Shown here: positions 29,561 through 32,775 of the stretch, piece by piece
How the letters are laid out: each line of letters begins with the position of its first letter
How positions within the stretch are numbered: position 1 is the first letter of the stretch
Assembly: GCA_965612795.1 (NCBI GenBank)
Contig: CBFDTI010000005.1
Location: forward strand, 1-32,775
From: an uncultured bacterium
GTDB lineage: Bacteria > Hydrothermota > UBA3073 > NMUJ01
Reading direction: 5' to 3'
Length of the DNA: 32,775 nucleotides
Notes under the pieces: model-generated
Told to the model about the DNA's origin: nothing
Seen by the model: only the letters and a program-made list of their open reading frames with translations
Databases searched by the model: none
Position numbers and translations under genes: made by a program

Positions 29561-29897
29561 GGGGGTGAGAGGTCTCGACAGGGGTGATCAGAGTAAAGGG
29601 AGCATGCCGAGTCGCCCGGCTCGTAAAATCGGGCACTTTAAAATAACTGCCGCCGAATATGCGGTTGCCTGATAGTAAGCAGGCTTAACCTGGGGACTTG
29701 CCCCCAAGGTCCTCAGGGGATGGGTTAGGGGGTGGTCGTCCGCACCTTGATCCCGAGGTGGACGACGACACCGAAGGGATCTATCCCCTTATGGTGCGGG
29801 GCCCAGCGGACCATAAGGGTAAAGTAACCTGGGTCTAAGCATGTAGAGCCCTTTGCTCTGACACTTCTGGACGCGGGTTCGAATCCCGCCACCTCCA
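29561..29897 (+). ncRNA. ssrA: tmRNA (one-piece); tag (A)AAEYAVA
   Basis: 5' GGGGGTG pairs with 3' CACCTCC-A, with a G3:U wobble. T-arm GCGGGTTCGAATCCCGC; TCGAC and GCATG motifs; pk1-pk4 pairings visible. Tag ORF follows TAACT at 29649-29672. CCA is not encoded. Confidence 0.95.
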
Positions 29898-29972
29898 TTA
29901 CCTCTTCCAAATTGGGTGATACCCATATCCCAAATTCCACCTAATATTTATACATCATAATTAGTTGATTGA

Positions 29973-30000
29973 TTGACTTTTATCCACAACATGTTAAGTT
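29973..30000 (+). promoter_or_regulatory. Putative fabZ promoter containing a perfect DnaA box
   Basis: TTGACT-N16-TAAGTT with extended TG; TTATCCACA at 29980-29988. Confidence 0.5.
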
Positions 30001-30016
30001 TAATCAGGAGGTGATG

Positions 30017-30466
30017 ATGGAGATCCATGAAATCATGGAGATATTGCCACATCGTTACCCATTTCTTCTAGTCGATAGGATCGTCGAGCTCGACGATAAT
30101 CGTATTGTGGGTATTAAAAGTGTCACTATAAACGAACCATTCTTTATCGGCCATTTCCCCGGTAACCCAATAATGCCAGGTGTACTCATCGTTGAGTCTA
30201 TGGCACAGACGGGTGGCATACTGCTATTAAAGAAGGTGGATAACCCCAAAGGTAAGCTGGTCTACTTCCTCGCTATTAAAGAGGCCAAATTCCGTGCCCC
30301 CGTACGACCTGGTGACACATTACGTAACGAGATGGTACTGAAGAAGTTTACTCATGGTGTATGTGTGATGGAAGGTAAGGCTTATGTAGGTGATACGCTC
30401 GTTGCAGAGGGCGAGTTTATGGCCAAAGTAGTCGAGGTAAACGATGGGCAAGAAAAAGAAAATTAA
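30017..30466 (+). CDS. fabZ: 3-hydroxyacyl-ACP dehydratase FabZ
   Basis: [52 protein letters not shown]. Confidence 0.97.
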   Translation: MEIHEIMEILPHRYPFLLVDRIVELDDNRIVGIKSVTINEPFFIGHFPGNPIMPGVLIVESMAQTGGILLLKKVDNPKGKLVYFLAIKEAKFRAPVRPGDTLRNEMVLKKFTHGVCVMEGKAYVGDTLVAEGEFMAKVVEVNDGQEKEN

Positions 30467-32775
30467 ATCCAAACCCACACAACGTCCTACACATAAGCTA
30501 AAGTTTATCCCACGCGAGAAGTGGCTCCCATTAATATTTCTGGGGTTAGCATTCGCCTTCTATTCACCACATTTGGGATTATTTGTGGGTAAATCGACAC
30601 TATTTGGTACAGACTTCCTTATCGCGTATGGTGGTACTGTTCGGGTACATGAATACATGCTTAGACACTTACGCCAACCACTGTGGAACCCGTACATAAT
30701 GGGTGGTTATTCCACATTCACCGGCGGTATGGGTTACACTGATCCTCTACGTTATATATTCTTGCCATTACCGGTTTATGTGCGACACTTCTACTTTTTC
30801 TTTATATGTCTGTTTCTGGCGGGTTGGGGTATGTTCTATCTGCTAAGATATAGGTTAAAGTTTCAGCTGTGGATCGCAGTGGTTGCTGGTATTGCATATG
30901 AGTTTACTGCTTTCGGTATAAGTCAAATGTACGGCGGACATTGGCCTAAACTTATGAGCATGGCATGGCTCACTTGGTGCTTTTCTGCGCTATTGTATGC
31001 GTTTGAGACACAAAGAGTGCGCCATTTTCTCTTGTTAGCAGGCGCATGGGCGATGATGATGTGTGGCCACTTTCAGTTTGGTTACTACGCAAGCTATCTT
31101 ATTGGTTTCTTCGTTATATATGAGCTCATACGTCGTATACGACAGGGTAAACCAAGGGAGAGTGCTTCACTCGGTCTTAAGGTTGTACTTACCCTTGTGG
31201 TTGTGTTATGTGTATTAGCACTCAGGTTTGGCCCCAGTTTGATACGACTGGAGGCCGGTGTACGAGGTGTAGAGCGTGGTTATGAATACGCGACTTCATG
31301 GGCGATGCCGACCTCTGAGTTAGTTGACTTCTATAATCCACACTTCATGGGTATACTCGATAACTATTGGGGGACCAATTATTTCAGACTGCATTCAAGG
31401 TACTTCGGTGTTATAGTGCTTATGATATCGCTTTTCGGTATACTCATGGGATGGCGACGTCACAGTTATGTGCGATTCTTTACCGGCGGTTTAATAGTAT
31501 CCACTTTGTTGGCACTTGGTGGTCATACTCCATTATATAGGATACCCTACTATATTTTGCCCATGGTGGACAAACTACGTGGGCCCGACATGTGGTGGAT
31601 AATAGGTGCATTTTCCGTAGTTATACTATTTGCATACGGGTTAAGGTTGATGTTCGAACATAAACACATATCGCAACGCTATTTGTTGGTTTGCACAATA
31701 GGTGCAGCAGTTACATTATTTGTTTTTAGTGTGGCGAAATCGCCCATTATGGATGGATTGCGTTCACATTTCAGCCATGTGTTGGCGACAGCAGGTTACT
31801 CCAGTGATCAGATCGAGGCTAAATTATCAGCTATGGAAAAGAACTATCCGCTACTGCTTTGGGGATATTTCAAATCTTTCATATTAATCGCACTGGTAGC
31901 ACTAATCTGCTACTTGCGGTTGAACAAGCGGTTAACAGATGTGGGATTTGCGTCGTTGATTGCTGCGTTTGTATTGTTTGATCTATGGGAGGTAGATTAT
32001 AGGTTTATGAAGGTGGTACCGCCACCCCATTACTACTACAGGGCAGATGAAGTGGTGAGGGTACTCAAACGTGACACTGACTACTATTGGGTATTCCCTT
32101 ACTATTATGAACATGCGGAGGATCACTATTTACCTTATCATAATATACAAACGTTAGGTGGTACAACCTCTAATCCACTTATCCGATATCAAAAATTCAT
32201 AGGAGCATATGGTACGGTAATGTTTCGACCCAACGATTTGAAGCGGTTACCCCATTTGTTGGACGTGTTTAATACCAAATACATCATCACATTCACGATG
32301 CCAGAGGACATATCGCGGTTCGATTCTCAGACCCAAGCTTTCATAAAGAGGACACAATCTTACATGTCGAGATTCGATCTCATCTATAAAGGGCGCAGAT
32401 ACAGTATTTATCGTAATCCACATGCAGTACCTCGTGCATTCTTTGCACCCCGATACGTCGTGGCTGGTAGTGTAGATGAGGCACTTACTTTAATAAAGAG
32501 GCCCGATTTCCCGTACTATAACACGGTGATATTGGAGGAAGACCCATCTGTACCACAAGGTGACACTGTTGTCAACGGATACGCTAAGATTCTGAAGTAC
32601 GACATGGACCATATCGCACTCGAAGTAGTAAATGATAAACCTACATTCCTTGTACTTGCGGAGAATTGGTATCCTGATTGGTATGCCACAGTGGATGGTA
32701 AGCCCACCAAGGTGTACGTAGCTGATGGTACATTACGTGCGATATATTTGACAGCTGGTAAGCATAATGTTGAAT
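30444..32775 (+). CDS. YfhO-like polytopic membrane protein, putative GT-C glycosyltransferase (partial, 3' end outside window)
   Basis: ATG 30444 [18 protein letters not shown] near the N-terminus; many TM segments; in-frame [17 protein letters not shown]...[14 protein letters not shown] at the edge. Confidence 0.85.
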   Translation, partial: MGKKKKIKSKPTQRPTHKLKFIPREKWLPLIFLGLAFAFYSPHLGLFVGKSTLFGTDFLIAYGGTVRVHEYMLRHLRQPLWNPYIMGGYSTFTGGMGYTDPLRYIFLPLPVYVRHFYFFFICLFLAGWGMFYLLRYRLKFQLWIAVVAGIAYEFTAFGISQMYGGHWPKLMSMAWLTWCFSALLYAFETQRVRHFLLLAGAWAMMMCGHFQFGYYASYLIGFFVIYELIRRIRQGKPRESASLGLKVVLTLVVVLCVLALRFGPSLIRLEAGVRGVERGYEYATSWAMPTSELVDFYNPHFMGILDNYWGTNYFRLHSRYFGVIVLMISLFGILMGWRRHSYVRFFTGGLIVSTLLALGGHTPLYRIPYYILPMVDKLRGPDMWWIIGAFSVVILFAYGLRLMFEHKHISQRYLLVCTIGAAVTLFVFSVAKSPIMDGLRSHFSHVLATAGYSSDQIEAKLSAMEKNYPLLLWGYFKSFILIALVALICYLRLNKRLTDVGFASLIAAFVLFDLWEVDYRFMKVVPPPHYYYRADEVVRVLKRDTDYYWVFPYYYEHAEDHYLPYHNIQTLGGTTSNPLIRYQKFIGAYGTVMFRPNDLKRLPHLLDVFNTKYIITFTMPEDISRFDSQTQAFIKRTQSYMSRFDLIYKGRRYSIYRNPHAVPRAFFAPRYVVAGSVDEALTLIKRPDFPYYNTVILEEDPSVPQGDTVVNGYAKILKYDMDHIALEVVNDKPTFLVLAENWYPDWYATVDGKPTKVYVADGTLRAIYLTAGKHNVE

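Noticed and set aside
29690..29830. Long hairpins read as terminators, repeats or CRISPR
   Set aside because: They lie inside tmRNA, and their loops pair downstream (CCCC/GGGG, GATCCC/GGGATC, CCCAG/CTGGG) as pk2-pk4.
29725..29940. 71-aa - strand ORF
   Set aside because: Antisense to tmRNA; the MEVAGFEPAS string is the usual translation artefact of a reverse T-arm.
29890..29945. Integrated element or att site at the tmRNA 3' end
   Set aside because: No integrase and no duplicate of the tmRNA 3' end in the window; fabZ follows directly.
29900..30000. oriC
   Set aside because: Only one DnaA box and no dnaA/dnaN nearby. An origin here would also put the large ribosomal operon head-on to replication.
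15702..30466. Similar ATGGGCAA(A/G)AA overlaps at adk/infA and fabZ/yfhO
   Set aside because: Short, low-complexity MGKKK starts; coincidence is sufficient.

Overview
Housekeeping-dense bacterial window from a probably anaerobic/thermophilic diderm. The taxon cannot be fixed from the sequence; WOR-3/FCB-like is only a guess. Left (- strand): trpS, an unknown membrane protein, and proS running off the left edge. A 205-bp divergent promoter region then opens a ~17.8-kb + strand super-operon with no gap over 11 nt: tuf, the S10, spc (secY-adk-infA-rpmJ, no map) and alpha clusters, then a Skp/OmpH fusion protein, lpxD, a ComEA-like protein and an orphan BFD-like 2Fe-2S protein. Next come a - strand epimerase-ugd pair, + strand spoIID/lytB-nagB, and - strand rpmH-rnpA-yidD-murJ-LPG_synthase_TM (no yidC or dnaA). 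The right end has a GIY-YIG (DUF123-like) nuclease, tmRNA, fabZ and a YfhO-like membrane glycosyltransferase running off the edge. No mobile element, CRISPR, tRNA or rRNA was seen, and I see no clear-cut new multi-gene system. The best oddities: Skp fused to a CsgG/FlgO-like domain; rnpA must start inside rpmH; promoters with short 15-16 bp spacers and apparent leaderless mRNAs; a 12-TM MurJ; EF-Tu with an altered aminoacyl pocket and a G257S-like change; an Fe-S-type TrpRS; and a very short tmRNA tag.
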